Shown here: in pieces, positions 38,590 through 51,785 of the stretch
How the letters are laid out: every line of letters starts with the position of its first letter
Numbering within the stretch: the first letter of the stretch is position 1
Origin: Mytilus californianus
Taxonomy: Eukaryota
Direction: 5' to 3'
DNA length: 64,000 nucleotides
Assembly: GCF_021869535.1 (NCBI RefSeq)
Contig: NW_026262723.1
Span: 41,168,001-41,232,000, forward strand
The notes under the pieces: generated by a model
What the model saw: only the letters and a program-made list of their open reading frames with translations
Told to the model about the DNA's origin: nothing
Databases searched by the model: none
Made by a program: the position numbers and the translations under genes

Positions 38590-41500
38590 TCATTGCTGGT
38601 AAGGGGGTGGTGGTTGTTTCTGTAAAAAAAAAATGTATCATTAACAATAATGGCTTAAATCAAGTTTAAAAAAGGAATTAGTATAAAAGACAACATAAAA
38701 AATCTTTCAACTTAAAAAAAAAAAAAATCCTTGACATAAATGATAATCCTAGCACTTTCATTAAATTAAAAATTGTCTAAAAAAAGGTCAATGCAGTTTC
38801 CCTTTCTTTAACATTTGATAAGAAAGTGAAAATACAATTGCCAGGTAATTAGTAATCTAAAGCTTTTTACCGGAATCTCTGTTTGTTGATACTGTGGTGG
38901 CATAGGAGCTGTTGGTGGTTGATAATATCTCGGTGTCTGAACATGTGTGTACTGTGTCTGACTTTGATTAGTAACAATTGTGTTGTAGCCACCAGTAGGA
39001 ACTTGTGCAATTCTAACATAACGAGCTCTGGCCATTCTTCTGCGTCGGATACAAATCACACAGCTAACAATGAGTAAAAATACCACTACCCATAAACACC
39101 AGAACCCTGAAAAAACAAAAATAAATTTATTGTATGACAAGGAGTATTAAATAATTCTCTGAGTGGACCGACATCCACAGGGAAGCTTAGACCCATTTTT
39201 TTTACTGCATAATTTGTATGTTTAAAGTCATCACTACCACTACTTACAAAAGAATGACTTATCACTGGATTTTTTTTATCTAATAAGCAACATGATGGGT
39301 ACACTAGTTAAGCAGGAATTGCTAACCCTTCCTGAAATAGTTTTGTGGACCACTGTTTCTTTCTCTTTTTATACGACCGCAAAAATTAAAAAATTTTTGG
39401 TTGTATATTGGTATGACGTTGGCGTCGTCGTCGTCCGGCGTCGTCCGAAGACACATTGGTTTTCGCACTCTAACTTTAGTTTAAGTGAATGGATCTCCAT
39501 GAAATTTTACCATAAGGTTCAATACCACGAAAGGAAGGTTGGGATTGATTTTGGGGGTTATGGTACCAACGGTTAAGGAAAAAGGGGCCAAAAATAAGCA
39601 TTTTTGTAACTTTCAGACAATAACTTGTGTGTAAGTGTATGAATCTCTCTGACATTGTACCACAAGGTTCCATATCACAAAGGGAAGGCTGTAATTGATT
39701 TTGGGGGTAATTGCCTCAAAATTTTAGGAATTAGGGGCCAAAAAAGGGGCAAAAAACAAGCATTTTTCTAGTTTCATGACAATAACTTGTGTGTAAGTGT
39801 TTGGATATTTCTGAAATTGTACTACAAGGTTTCATAGCACAAAGGGAAAGCTGGAATTGAGTTCGGGGGTAATTGCCTGAAACGTTTAGGAATTGGGGGC
39901 CAAAAAGGGGCCAAAAATAAGCATTTTTCTAGTTTCAAGACAATAACTTGTGTTCAAGTGTATGGATCTCTCTGAAATTGTACTGCAAGGTACCATACCA
40001 CAAAGGGAAGGCTGGGATTGAGTTTGGGGGTGATGAATCATAAGGGGATTCCAAAAATTTGGGGGGGGGGGGATTTTTTTTTTTCTTTTTTTTTCTTTTT
40101 TTCCTTTTTTTTTTCTTTTAAAATTTTCCATTTTAAGTTGGTTATTTCTGATTTATATTTAAAAGCAAATAATAATGATATGGTAGGAGATACACACCAA
40201 ACAGGATGTGTAAATTTTTATATAATAAGTATTGTGCAATAGCAAGAAATTTTCAATTGCACAGTATTGCACAATAGCAAGAAATCTTCAATTGCACAGT
40301 ATTGCACAATAGCAAGAAATCTTCAATTGCACAGTATTGCGCAATAGCAAGAAATATCCAATAGCACAATATTGCACAATAGCAAGAAATTGTCAATTGT
40401 ACAGTATTGCGCAATAGCAAGAAATATTCAATTGCACAGTATTGTGCAAAAGAAGATACTTCTTATAAATTGCTTATTTCTTGATCAATTTCAATGGGGT
40501 TTTATTCTTGAAATCTTGGGGTTCTTTAATATGCTGAATATAACCGTGTATTAAGTTTTTGGATTTTGGGCCCCGTTTATAAATTGGTCCACATTGAGGT
40601 CCAAAGGGTCCAAAATTTAACTTTGTTTGATTTCATCAAAAATTGAATTATTGGGGTTCTTTGATATGCGGAATCTAACCGTGTATTTAGATTCTTAATT
40701 TTTGGTTCCGTTTTCAAATTGGTCTACATTAAGGTCCAAAGGGTCCAAAATTAAACTTAGTTTGATTTTAACAAAAATTGAATTTTTAGTGTTCTTTGAT
40801 ATGCTGAATCTAAACATGTATTTAGATTTTTGATTATGGGCCCAGTTTTCAAGTTGGTCCAAATCGGGGTCCAAAATTAAACTTTGTTTGATTTCAACAA
40901 AAATTGAATATATGGGGTTCTTTGATATGCTGAATCTAACCATGTATTTAGATTTTTGGGCCCCGTTATCAACTTTGTCCACATTGAGGTCAAAAGGGTC
41001 CAAAATTAAACTTTGTTTGATTTCATCAAAAATTGAATTCTTGGGGTTCTTTGATATGCTGAATCTAACCATGTATTTAGATTTTGGATATTGGACCATA
41101 ATAGGTGAATGTCCAATTTAAAATTTTTAAGTTCTTAGACCACATTCATTCTGTGTCAGAAACCTATGCTGTGTCAAATATTTAATCACAATCCAAATTC
41201 AGAGCTGTATCAAGCTTGAATGTTGTGTCCATACTTGCCCCAACTGTTCAGGGTTCGACCTCTGCGGTCGTATCAAGCTGCGCCCTGCGGAGCATTTTAT
41301 TTCCCTTTATTCTTTAAACCATGGTTATATTCGTCCTTATTTGAAGATATTTAAGAATGTCCTATGGTTTATCTTTATTTTCTATATTTAAAAAATTCAA
41401 GGGAACTACCATTTGATTTTTATGGGGGGGGTATAGGATGAAATTTTAAAAAAAATTTGTAAGGGTTCCGCGGAACCCAGTGTCTCGCCTACTTTTGTTG

Positions 41501-44500
41501 TTAATCACAGGCTCAACAAAATGAGGAAAAAGATCAATAAAAATATTCCTTTAGATTCTATCTTTTGATTGTAAGAAGCTTCTGTCAAAGTTTGGTATAA
41601 ATCCAGGATAGTTTATGAATCTTATAAATGTTTTAAAAACTTTAACTGCAGGCTGTATTTAATGTTAACTGGAAGAAAAACTAAGTCCATTTATAAGTAA
41701 AATACGGATAAACAGGTACAAAATTTTAACAAAATTTCCTTCTGGATACTATCTTATGATCATAAACAATCTGTCCAAGTTTGGTACAAATCCAGGATAG
41801 TTTAAGAAAGTAAAAAATTTCAAAAACTTGTAACCACAGAGTGAATATTTGTGGACCCCGCTGTCGCCGACAACGGAATGTAGGATCGCTATGTCTCGCT
41901 TTTTCGACTAAAGTCGAAGGCTCGACAAAAAGGCAGGATGAGCAACTTGGCCAAAAAAAGGCAGGATGACAATTAATGTAAAAAAAGTCAGGATAAGCTA
42001 TTAAAAAAAAAGACAGGACCGAATAGAGTGAAAAATAAAAATGCAGGACAAAATTATTCATCCTAGCCCCCCCCCCCCCCTTCTAAAAATCAAATGGTAG
42101 CTCCCTAACCATGTATTTATCCTGCTTTTGACTGCCCTTTAATATCAACTAATTATTCAAAAATTCCTAATAAATGAAGGTTATCCAAAAATGAACATAT
42201 AAAAAAAAAGAGGATACATACCAACATTTTGACCAAGGAGGCATTTAAAAATCACAAGTCCAATAAAAATAGACAATAACATTACCAAAAATAATAAAAT
42301 GCTCCGCAGGGCGCAGCTTGATACGACCGCAGAGGTCGAACCCTGAACAGTTGGGGCAAGTATGGACACAACATTCAAGCTTGATACAGCTCTGAATTTG
42401 GATTGTTATTAATTATTTGACACAGTATAGGTTTCTGACACAGGATGAATGTGGTCTAAGAACTTAAAAATTTTAAATTGGACATTCTACTACTATGGTC
42501 CAATATCCAAAATCTAAATACATGGTTAGATTCAGCATATCAAAGAACCCCAAGAATTCAATTTTTGATGAAATCAAACAAAGTTTAATTTTGGACCCTT
42601 TTGACCTCAATGTGGACAAAGTTGATAATGGGGCCCAAAAATCAAAAATCTAAATACATGGTTAGATTCAGCAACCCCATATATTCAATTTTTGTTGAAA
42701 TCAAACAAAGTTTAATTTTGGACCCCGATTTGGACCAACTTAAAAACTGGGCCCATAATCAAAAATCTAAATACATGTTTAGATTCAGCTATCAAAGAAT
42801 CCTAAGAATTCAATTTTTGTTAAAATCAAACTAAGTTTAATTTTGGACCCTTTGGACCTTAATGTAGACCAATTTGAAAACAGAACCAAAAATTAAGAAT
42901 CTAAATACAAGGTTAGATTTGGCATATCAAAGAACCCCAATAATTCAATTTTTGATGAAATCAAACAAAGTTTAATTTTGGACCCTTTGGACCTCAATGT
43001 GGACCAATTTAAAAACGGGGCCCAAAATCCAAAAACTTAATACATGGTTAGAATCAGCATATTAAAGAACCCCAAGAATTCAAGAATAAAACCCCATTGA
43101 AATTGGTCAAGAAATAAGCAATTTATACGAAGTATCTTCTTTTGTACAATACTGTGCAATTGAATATTTCTTGCTATTGCGCAATACTGTACAATTGACA
43201 ATTTCTTGCTATTGCGCAATATTGTGCTATTTGATATTTCTTGCTATTGCACAATACTGTGCAATTGAAGATTTCTTGCTATTGCGCAATACTGTGCAAT
43301 TGAAGATTTCTTGCTATTGTGCAATACTGTGCAATTGAAAATTTCTTGCTATTGCACAATACTTATTTTATAATAATTTACACATCCTGTTTGGTGTGTA
43401 TCTCCTACCATATCGTTATTATTTGCTTTTAAATATAAAACAGAAATAACCAACTTAAAATGGAAAATTTTAAAAGAAAAAAAAAAGGAAAAAAAAAAAA
43501 ACCCCCCCCCCAAATTTTTTGAACTCCCTTATGATTCATCACCCCCAAACTCAATCCCAGCCTTCCCTTTGTGGTATGGTACCTTGCAGTACAATTTCAG
43601 AGAGATCCATACACTTGAACACAAGTAATTGTCTGGAAACTAGAAAAATGCTTATTTTTGGCCCCTTTTTGGCCCCTTATTCCTAAACGTTTTGGGCAAT
43701 TACCCCAAAATCAATCCCAGCATTCCCTGTGTGATATGGAACCTTGTGGTACAATTTCAGAGAGATCCATACACTTGAACACAAGTTATTGTCTGGAAAC
43801 TAGAAAAATGCTTATTTTTGGCCCCTTATTCCTAAACGTTTTGGGCAATTACCCCCAAACTCAATTCCAGCTTTCCCTTTGTGATATGGAACCTTGTAGT
43901 ACAATTTCAGAAAGATCCATACACTTACACACAAGTTATTGTCATGAAACTAAAAAAATGCTTGTTTTTTGCCCCTTTTTTGGCCCCTAATTCCTAATAT
44001 TTTGATGCAATTACCCCCAAAATTAATCCCAGCATTCCCTGTGTGATATGGAACCTTGTGGTACAATGTCAGAGAGATCCATACACTAACACACAAGTTA
44101 TGTCTGGAAGTTACAAAAATGCTTATTTTTGGCCCCTAATTCCTTAACTGTTGGTACCATAACCCCCAAAATCAATCCCAACCTTCCTTTTGTGGTATTG
44201 AACCTTATGGTAAAATTTCATAGAGATCCATTCACTTAAACTAAAGTTAGAGTGCGAAAACCAATGTGTCTTCGGACGACGCCGGACGACGACGCCAACG
44301 TCATACCAATATACGATCGCAAAAATTTTTTGCAGTCGTATAAAAATGGCGAAAGGATAAACAACAACAAAACATCAATCAGAAAACTACAGACCGAGCA
44401 ACAAGAACCCCACCGAAAACTGTGGGTGAACTCATTTAAAACTGTACATTAACTCTTATTTACAAATAATGTACTACCAAAAAACATATTTAGGTTTTAT

Positions 44501-47500
44501 AAATATTACATACTAATGTTAAGTTGTTTACTTACACCAAACTCGATAAACACTATAATTTTGACAACACCACCCATCACAGCAATAATCTGAAATAACA
44601 GAACTCAGTTTCATATGTTGTAGCTACATGTATCAGTATTGATGGTTTCAAGTTTTACATGTTTTAAGACTGGTTATTTTTGGGAGCAATATATACATAT
44701 ATACCAGGGTTGGCAAAGTATTACCTTGGACCTGGTTTTGTCAGGTTGGCCAATACTGCATGAAATGGATAATACAGGGCAATACTTGGCAATATGAATG
44801 TTTATAGATATAAGATGTGGTATGAGTGCCAATGTGACAACTCTCCATCCAAGTCACAATTTGTAAAAGTAAACCATTATAGGTCAAAGTACAGCCTTCA
44901 ACATGCTTATTTCTACACAAAATAGTAAATAAAAACTGTAGTTTCATACATTATTGCTAAATATATAAATTTGACACAGTTTAAACATCGAGAGTCATTT
45001 TCAGAGGATAAACAAATTTAAAGATTTTCCTTTTCTTGAATAATTTCATATAATAATAATAATTTGTTTATCCTCTGAAAATGACTCTCAATGTTTAATC
45101 TGTGTCAAATTTATATATTTAGCAATAATGTATGAAACTACAGTTAGCTATATAAGCAGAATACAGTTTCGCAAATTTTTGGATACCTTGTTTATTTCTC
45201 AGCCTTTATTTGAATCAATCCAAAGATTGAAAAAAATGCATTTTAAGGTAGTGCATTAGTATAATGAATTGGAAAATATAATTTCTAGTTTCATTTTGCT
45301 AAATATACACCCTAAGGGGACATGTCACCCACACTTATAAAGATGAAAAGGGCACAGGATGTTTGCACTTTTTTACCTGTAACACAAGACACTTGTGCTT
45401 TAAACTTTGATACACCTGAACCAAAGTGACCAGACATTTGCGCCTTTTACCTATATAAGTTTACCTGTAATCTTAACCAGATTTACCAAAGTCAAGGGAT
45501 GGCAAAGAAGAAATATTTAGTAATTCTGACTTTCTAGGTGTTGGGTGTGAAATTTCATAATCATTTACAATGTATCTCTAATAAAAAGAAGCAATGAACA
45601 CTAAAAATTTCTCTCTTTTTTGGCATTAATTAATTGCTTGACATTGACTGGATAGGATCTAAAGAATGATCACTTCACTGCACTGTTTTGTCTAAACTAT
45701 GAAAGGTAGTGATAAACCTTGGAAGATTTAGATATTAAGTCAGTACCATCATGACCATAGGGTTTTGATTGCATTTCATGCAATCTTTACCCAAAAACGT
45801 TTTTCAAAAATATTTTATACAAACTACATGTATACAAGGAAACAATCTTCCTTTTGATATTCTCAATCTTCCAGTTTCTAAACTAAAAATCGAGATGAGA
45901 AGAGAAAAGGTAGTCACAAAAATAAGGGAGGGTACGGAAACTATAAACAGACATACACAATCTTTTTTCTTAGTATGAAGAATTTTAAAGAGGAATTAAA
46001 TTTGAATAGAGACTGAATATCAATAGAAAATTATTAATGATACTAAGAACTAGTTGGGATAGTACATGTACTAGTGAATTTATAATAAACAATCCGATAT
46101 TTATTTCTGGACAAGTTGCATGCCAAATGCCATTATGAATCCAAATCATTAACAAAAATATTACTTTAGCATGTTTAGATTGTGTACAAAAATTATATAA
46201 AGTAGAACAAAATTTCTGTTCCCTCCCTAAGTACTTACAGTCATTATCATAACATGTTTCTCTTGGACAGAACGTTACACCCTAAAAATAAAATCAAGTT
46301 GTTTCATAAAATTATAATCAAAGTCTGAAAGTTTTTGCTAAAAATACCTTAAAAATCAAAATATAATTTAGCATTTTAATGTTGTAATAATGAAAGATTA
46401 ACATGATTAATAAATGTGGTTCCTGTATGAAGGTATTTATCATAAGCATACATGTTGAAGGCCTCACTGTAACTTTGAGATGAAAAACAGCAATAAACAT
46501 GATAAAAGCACTGTTCCTTTGCTTTTTTTTTTCTTTTTTTTTAGCTGTGCATGTACTGATTTTGTGTCATGGATGGATACCCCATATCCTGTGTTTTTAT
46601 ATGTTTTACAAGTATGTTATGACTAAAATTTGAAATAGGTTTTCATGTTTCAGTTTTACATGTTTTATTACAATATTAATCTTGAAGCATTTAGATATAT
46701 AAACAATGTATATGTATCATCTTTTGAACTTACAATTCTTTCTGGGATAAAAAGTAAAAAATATTCTTTCCACCTCAAAGGTTTGAAACAATCATGACAA
46801 TATAATTTATCATAAAAGTATAGAAATATTGCCATTTTATTATCACTGGTAAGTTAATTTAATTTGAAGTCTTTACATGCATAATTTCGTTGAGTTTTAA
46901 AAAAGCATCACATCAAAATTAAATAAACTGGTAAATGATCCATCTTAAAGTTTATTATAAATTAAATTAAATTCATATAAAATCCACCTTTTCTCTGGGA
47001 CAGGACAAATTTTTGTTTGCTCTTCTCTGTTTTTCCAAATTTGTTATTTTTTTGTCTTTTTTAAGTTTCAAATAGAAATTAACAAAACCAAAAATAATTG
47101 ATTTTTGAAAAAAGGAAAAGGGTAAAAGGTTGTCCTGTCCCTAAGACCTGTGATAGAATCAAAATTTTCAATTCTTTAACTAGCTCATTTAACATGTTCA
47201 AGAAACAAATGACAAATGCTTCATTTAGTTATAATTCAAAGGACTATAATGTGATGTAATGTTTAGTGTAATAGTCTCTTCAAGTCTCAACCCTCTGGTT
47301 ACCATGGTTTAATATCAAGTTTTTTCTTGTGGTACTTGTACATGTACATGATGTAAGTAGATCATAATTGTCAAAAAGTAGACTTAACATAAAACAGAAA
47401 TTCAAATATCTAGTTTTATAAATAATAATGTACATTTGAAATAAAAATACATTCAGAAATATGTTCAGAAAATCTAGGTCAAACAGATCATGTCAGAGAT

Positions 47501-48179
47501 CTCTTGTTACCATGTAAAATGTAAAAGTCTCAGAAAAAGTAGTCCCAATTCATCCTATAGCTATAATAGCATCTAATTCTGATGTGGTATCATTCACAAA
47601 CACGTTTCAAATGAGGGTCTTTATTTCTTTATTCTTCATGCCATTTTTCTCTATTCTTTATTTTTTGGCCTATTTTTCTGTAGCCAGTCTCTATTCTGTA
47701 AAACCCATCCAGACCTACACAAATCGCTAATTGCATCTTTAGTGTCTTAAAAAATCTTAATGTATTATCAAATTAAACCCTTAACAAACCGGTGACAATC
47801 TTTTGACAAAGTTCCCAAAAAGTAAACAATGTCACATTGTGTAATTAAGTAAATAAATGTGTATATTTTGTAATAATTAATGTACAACATGTCGTCATTG
47901 CCATGGCATAATTCTGTTCATGTCAACAAACACTATAATAACTTTGGTTGTCTCATGTGTAATTTTCATTTGACAAATTATTAAATAACTGTATTTCATA
48001 AATATTATTATATAAACATGAACATCTTTGAACGTGATAAACAAGTGTCGAGTTCCTCGATGATTCTTCCTAAGCAACAACTGCAGACATTAAACTACTT
48101 CGACTTTTTTTAATACTACCTGGGCAAATCTTGTCATTAAAGACAAGCACATTCCTTTTAATATCCACGATAGCTCCAT
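38590..48179 (-). CDS. WBP1/VOPP1-family single-pass membrane protein (signal peptide, Cys-rich ectodomain, TM, PPxY tail), 5 exons, 140 aa
   Basis: Exons 48120-48179, 46239-46281, 44536-44589, 38871-39106, 38590-38619; all GT-AG and phase-compatible (423 nt). Protein: MELSWILKGMCLSLMTRFAQGVTFCPRETCYDNDYYCCDGWCCQNYSVYRVWWFWCLWVVVFLLIVSCVICIRRRRMARARY...TEIPKQPPPPYQQ*. C-x4-C-x5-YCC-x3-CC...WWFW resembles the WBP-1 domain. Exon 1 is the least certain. Confidence 0.85.
39366..41298 (+). mobile_element. Full-length family R1 Helentron/DINE-1-like element (~1.9 kb)
   Basis: Left hairpin plus (GTC)n, ~155-bp subunits, 35-bp minisatellite, ~131-bp subunits, right subTIR plus hairpin. Confidence 0.9.
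41401..42105. mobile_element. PIF/Harbinger MITE interrupted by a family R2 element (41451-41931, minus)
   Basis: Same TIRs as 37924-38194; both R2 ends are present in reverse orientation within an A/T run. Confidence 0.85.
42296..44346 (-). mobile_element. Full-length family R1 element, reverse orientation (~2.05 kb)
   Basis: Reverse complement of the 39366-41298 architecture. Confidence 0.9.
44934..45145. repeat. Foldback element with ~85-bp inverted arms
   Basis: AACTGTAGTTTCATACATTATTGCTAAATATATAAATTTGACACAG...GAGAGTCATTTTCAGAGGATAAACAAATT and its reverse complement, with a spacer of about 40 bp. Confidence 0.85.
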
Positions 48180-48287
48180 TTCAAGCGATTTCCGTTTCAC
48201 AAATGAATCCGGAAGGCATATGATGGTCACATGATGTCTCAAATCACAAATTGTCTCCCTTGAGAAATGAGTCAACCGCTCCTCAAT
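48180..48287. promoter_or_regulatory. Candidate compact bidirectional promoter and non-coding first exon of the Kelch gene
   Basis: Minus-strand ATG at 48179; plus-strand donor AT|GTAAGT at 48287/48288; ETS-type TTTCCG (~48190) and CCGGAAG (~48209); TGAGTCA (~48268). Confidence 0.5.
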
Positions 48288-48652
48288 GTAAGTTATTTGT
48301 ATTGAAGATGTTTAATCTTTCTTATAAAATTTTAATTGGATTAAAACAACTGATGACACTTCTCAGAAATTATATATTAATCACAAGGTGTGTCAACCAA
48401 TCAATCAATCATTATTTAAGTACATAAAAACGTGTGTAACCAACGTAAACAACAAAGTTTATAGACAACACGAAGAGTAAAGGTATTAACACAAAAAAAG
48501 ATAATTGTAAAACATAATTTTATTTAAATTGTTGTAGACATAAGACATTCTAATCATTTTTTGGTAGGGATGAGCAACTGAGACATCCAGTACCCCACCC
48601 TTTTCATATATTTTGAATAAATGAAAAACACACCATATATATTTTTTAATAA

Positions 48653-49197
48653 AATCAAGGATTTGTATAGTAAGACTTACTATACAAATTTTTGATTAAA
48701 CAATACACGTGTTACTATCATGATTATGATATTTCATTGAGAGAGCTGAAATCTGAGATTTGGAAAATATCTTGTGTTTCCAACAGTGGTTTTAATTGCA
48801 TCTGTGAAAAATATCGAAACTATAGTCTGATTAGTTTTAGACACTTCTGATTTAATCACTGAGCAACCTTATGATATATTCCATCTTAATTTATTGACCT
48901 TTTGATATATTTTCAAGCTCGAAAAAGTGACTTATAGTCTTACTATACAAATCCTTGATTAAATGCACGTTTTTCTATCATGATTATGATATTTCATTAA
49001 TTGAGAGAGCTGAAATCTGAGATTTGGCAAATATCTTATGTGTTTCCAATTGTGGTTTTAATTGCATCTGTGAAAAATATCAAAACTAGAGGGATTAGTT
49101 TTAGACACTTAATTCTGATATAATCAGCAACCTTATGATATATTTCATCTTAATTTATTGACCTTTTGATATATTTTCAAGCTCGAAAAAGTGACCT
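48653..49197. repeat. Inverted repeat plus ~260-bp tandem duplication
   Basis: AATCAAGGATTTGTATAGTAAGACT (48653) has inverted copies at about 48678-48697 and 48936-48960, each followed by the same core (CTATCATGATTATGATATTTCATT...TTCAAGCTCGAAAAAGTGAC). Confidence 0.8.
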
Positions 49198-50036
49198 ATT
49201 CCAGCGGCTCAACCTAAGTTACCTTACCACTACATTGTACAATGTAATTAAGGGCCCTTGTTACTTTTATTAAGTGATATGTGGTGGTAACGAATAGAAA
49301 AAGGATCATGTACAAATTATTAACGTCCACTTACTTTTATCAGAGACATATATACACACATGTGTATATATGTCTCTGCTTTTATTGATAGTTATATTAT
49401 AGAACGTTGATTATTAGCATAACCCAACATGCAATTATAAAAAGTGATAGAGAAGAAATGAATAAGCATAAATAAAAAAAGGGTGTGCAATCTAGCTAAC
49501 CTGTAACTGCTACGCTTTCACTTTTTATAAGCCTCTTAATGTTTATTCTCAGTTTGGAAAGTAGTAAAGGAAATATACACTAGACATTGGTTTTCAACTT
49601 TTCAGTGATGTATGATCATTGTCGTCGTCATCGTCATTGTCGATATCATTATCATAACATCGTCGTTCACGTTATTATTATTATTATTCATTATTAATAA
49701 TCTTTGATAAATTGTAATTTTGATTCTATTAATGGCCCACCATGATCCTCCAAGAAGGTGGTAAAGAGGTATTTTAGTGCAACATGTTTTTATGTTATTT
49801 ATTTCACGTGCAATCTTATTAAAACAAAAAGATTCTTAATTTGCCTTCAACTATGATACCTGCAAGGCAAAATAGGATTTGATTTGAATACACCGTATGT
49901 AGTATAACGAAATCCGATTTCTATATTTTAATTAGATTGGAAAGATGTCTTTTTATAATTAAGCAACCAGTTAAAGATAACGAAAAATTACCTCATAGGT
50001 TTATGTTAACTGTCTTAATTTTTTAGATTGCTTAAA

Positions 50037-51785
50037 ATGAATGACAACAATGGAATGAACTGGACTGATGACAGTTGTGAAGCATGGCGAGTACGTTACC
50101 ATAAAGAAATATGTCATGGCCTTGCACAGGCACTAAGTAATGAAGAGTTTACCGACATTAAAATTATTATTGATGATAAAACATTTAACTGTCATCGTAT
50201 AGTCTTGTCAATTATGTCACCGTACTTTAGTGCAATGTTCGCTTCCGGAATGAAGGAATGCCGAGATGGCGTCGTTCACCTTCAAAATGTTGAAAGTGGG
50301 GCATTCGAGAAGATCCTAAAATTTATCTACGGTGGACAAGATGTTATAGATACAGAAAATGTTGATTCCCTTCTGCAAGCGGCAGTTATGTTACAGATAA
50401 AATGTCTGCAAGAGAGATGTGAAGAATATATGGTGGGGAAACTTGATCCTGAAAATTCTTTAGGTGCCTGGAAGTTAGCCCAAGGTCACGGCTGTTCGTG
50501 TCTTGCGGAGAGGGCTTTCCAATTTATATTGTATTATTTTGAACAAATATGGAAAACTGAAGATTTTTTGGCTATAGATTGTGACGAATTATTGCAAATA
50601 ATTGATAATAACAATTTGAACATTAAAAGTGAAGAGCTGGTATGCGAAGCTGTTATGAGGTGGGTACATTCTAATGTTGATAACAGAAAGAAAGACCTTC
50701 CCCGAATTTTTGAAAAACTGCGTCTCCCCCTTATACAACCGGAATATTTAATCGATGTGCTCGAACACAATAAGTTGATTAAGCACAACCAACCCTGTCG
50801 GGATGTTTTAGAAGAAGCCAAACGATACCATTTGTTGCCCGCCAGAAGACAAGAGTTTGTTTCGCCTCGAATGAGTTTTCGGAATTTCGGTGACTTTGAG
50901 GAGGTAGTGGTTTGTGTTGGTGGAACAGATGACAATTCAAAGACAACACAGCGTGTGATATGTTACAGTGAAAAGAGAAGTAAATGGTTCTCGTTGGCAT
51001 CTATGCCACATGATCCGGGTGTAGAATTTGCAACTTGTTCATATGGCAATGCTATTTATATTTCCGGTGGCAGCACAAAAATGAATGCTATGCTCTGCTA
51101 TATAAGTACTCAAAACAAATGGGTTTATTGCGAACCTATGTTGCTTGGACGCCGACGCCATGCAATGGTGGCAGTTGGGGAACATGTTTACGTATTAGGA
51201 GGGTATGATGACAATAATGACGACGACTTCCGAACTTTAATGAGTATTGAACAATATAGTATAGCAACTGGAAGTTGGGAAGATGCCGGATATCTTTCGG
51301 TTGCTGTGCGTTCTGCGTCCGTTGCGGTAGATAGAGAGAAAATATATTTGTTTGGAGGCGTTACACGCGAAGATTTTGACACAAAAACTGTTCAATGCTT
51401 TGATACTAGACTAAAAACGTGCAATATAGTGTGTGAACTTCCCGTATACTGTAGGTTATCGTCTGCAATATCACATGACCATAAAATTTATCTCGTATGC
51501 CCAGATGGTGATGTTATCGTATTTTCAGCAGACGGTACAACGGAAGATAAAGGAAAAATACCCGGATTTGACCGCTATAGCTTTGGTGCAGTGTTAAAGA
51601 ATAATTCAATTATTGTCCTTGGTGGTATGGACTCTGACCATTCATATGGGGACTGCATTACCTTTGATCTTCTAACATCAACCTCGTCAATATCAGCAGA
51701 TGTCCTGCCAGAGAAAGCTTCTGGTATCGGCTGCGTGAAAACTGTAATTAATAAGAAATATCTCGAAACGTTATCTCTAAGTTAG
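50037..51785 (+). CDS. BTB-BACK-Kelch (KLHL-family, KLHL24-like) protein, single coding exon, 582 aa
   Basis: BTB (FTDIKIIIDDKTFNCHRIVLSIMSPYFSAMF), BACK (ELVCEAVMRWV, LRLPLI), Kelch repeats (VCVGG, YISGG, YVLGG, YLFGG, IVLGG). The ORF track starts at TTG 50028; the first ATG is 50037, just after the acceptor TTTTTTAG at 50026. Confidence 0.93.
   Translation: MNDNNGMNWTDDSCEAWRVRYHKEICHGLAQALSNEEFTDIKIIIDDKTFNCHRIVLSIMSPYFSAMFASGMKECRDGVVHLQNVESGAFEKILKFIYGGQDVIDTENVDSLLQAAVMLQIKCLQERCEEYMVGKLDPENSLGAWKLAQGHGCSCLAERAFQFILYYFEQIWKTEDFLAIDCDELLQIIDNNNLNIKSEELVCEAVMRWVHSNVDNRKKDLPRIFEKLRLPLIQPEYLIDVLEHNKLIKHNQPCRDVLEEAKRYHLLPARRQEFVSPRMSFRNFGDFEEVVVCVGGTDDNSKTTQRVICYSEKRSKWFSLASMPHDPGVEFATCSYGNAIYISGGSTKMNAMLCYISTQNKWVYCEPMLLGRRRHAMVAVGEHVYVLGGYDDNNDDDFRTLMSIEQYSIATGSWEDAGYLSVAVRSASVAVDREKIYLFGGVTREDFDTKTVQCFDTRLKTCNIVCELPVYCRLSSAISHDHKIYLVCPDGDVIVFSADGTTEDKGKIPGFDRYSFGAVLKNNSIIVLGGMDSDHSYGDCITFDLLTSTSSISADVLPEKASGIGCVKTVINKKYLETLSLS

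Noticed and set aside
46468-46500. Alternative first coding exon MFIAVFHLKVT with a GTGAG donor for the WBP1-like gene
   Set aside because: Too short for a signal peptide and preceded by a purine-rich tract. 48120-48179 fits better, though this cannot be excluded without RNA data.
50534-51382. Minus-strand ORFs of 64-133 aa
   Set aside because: Antisense shadows of the Kelch CDS.
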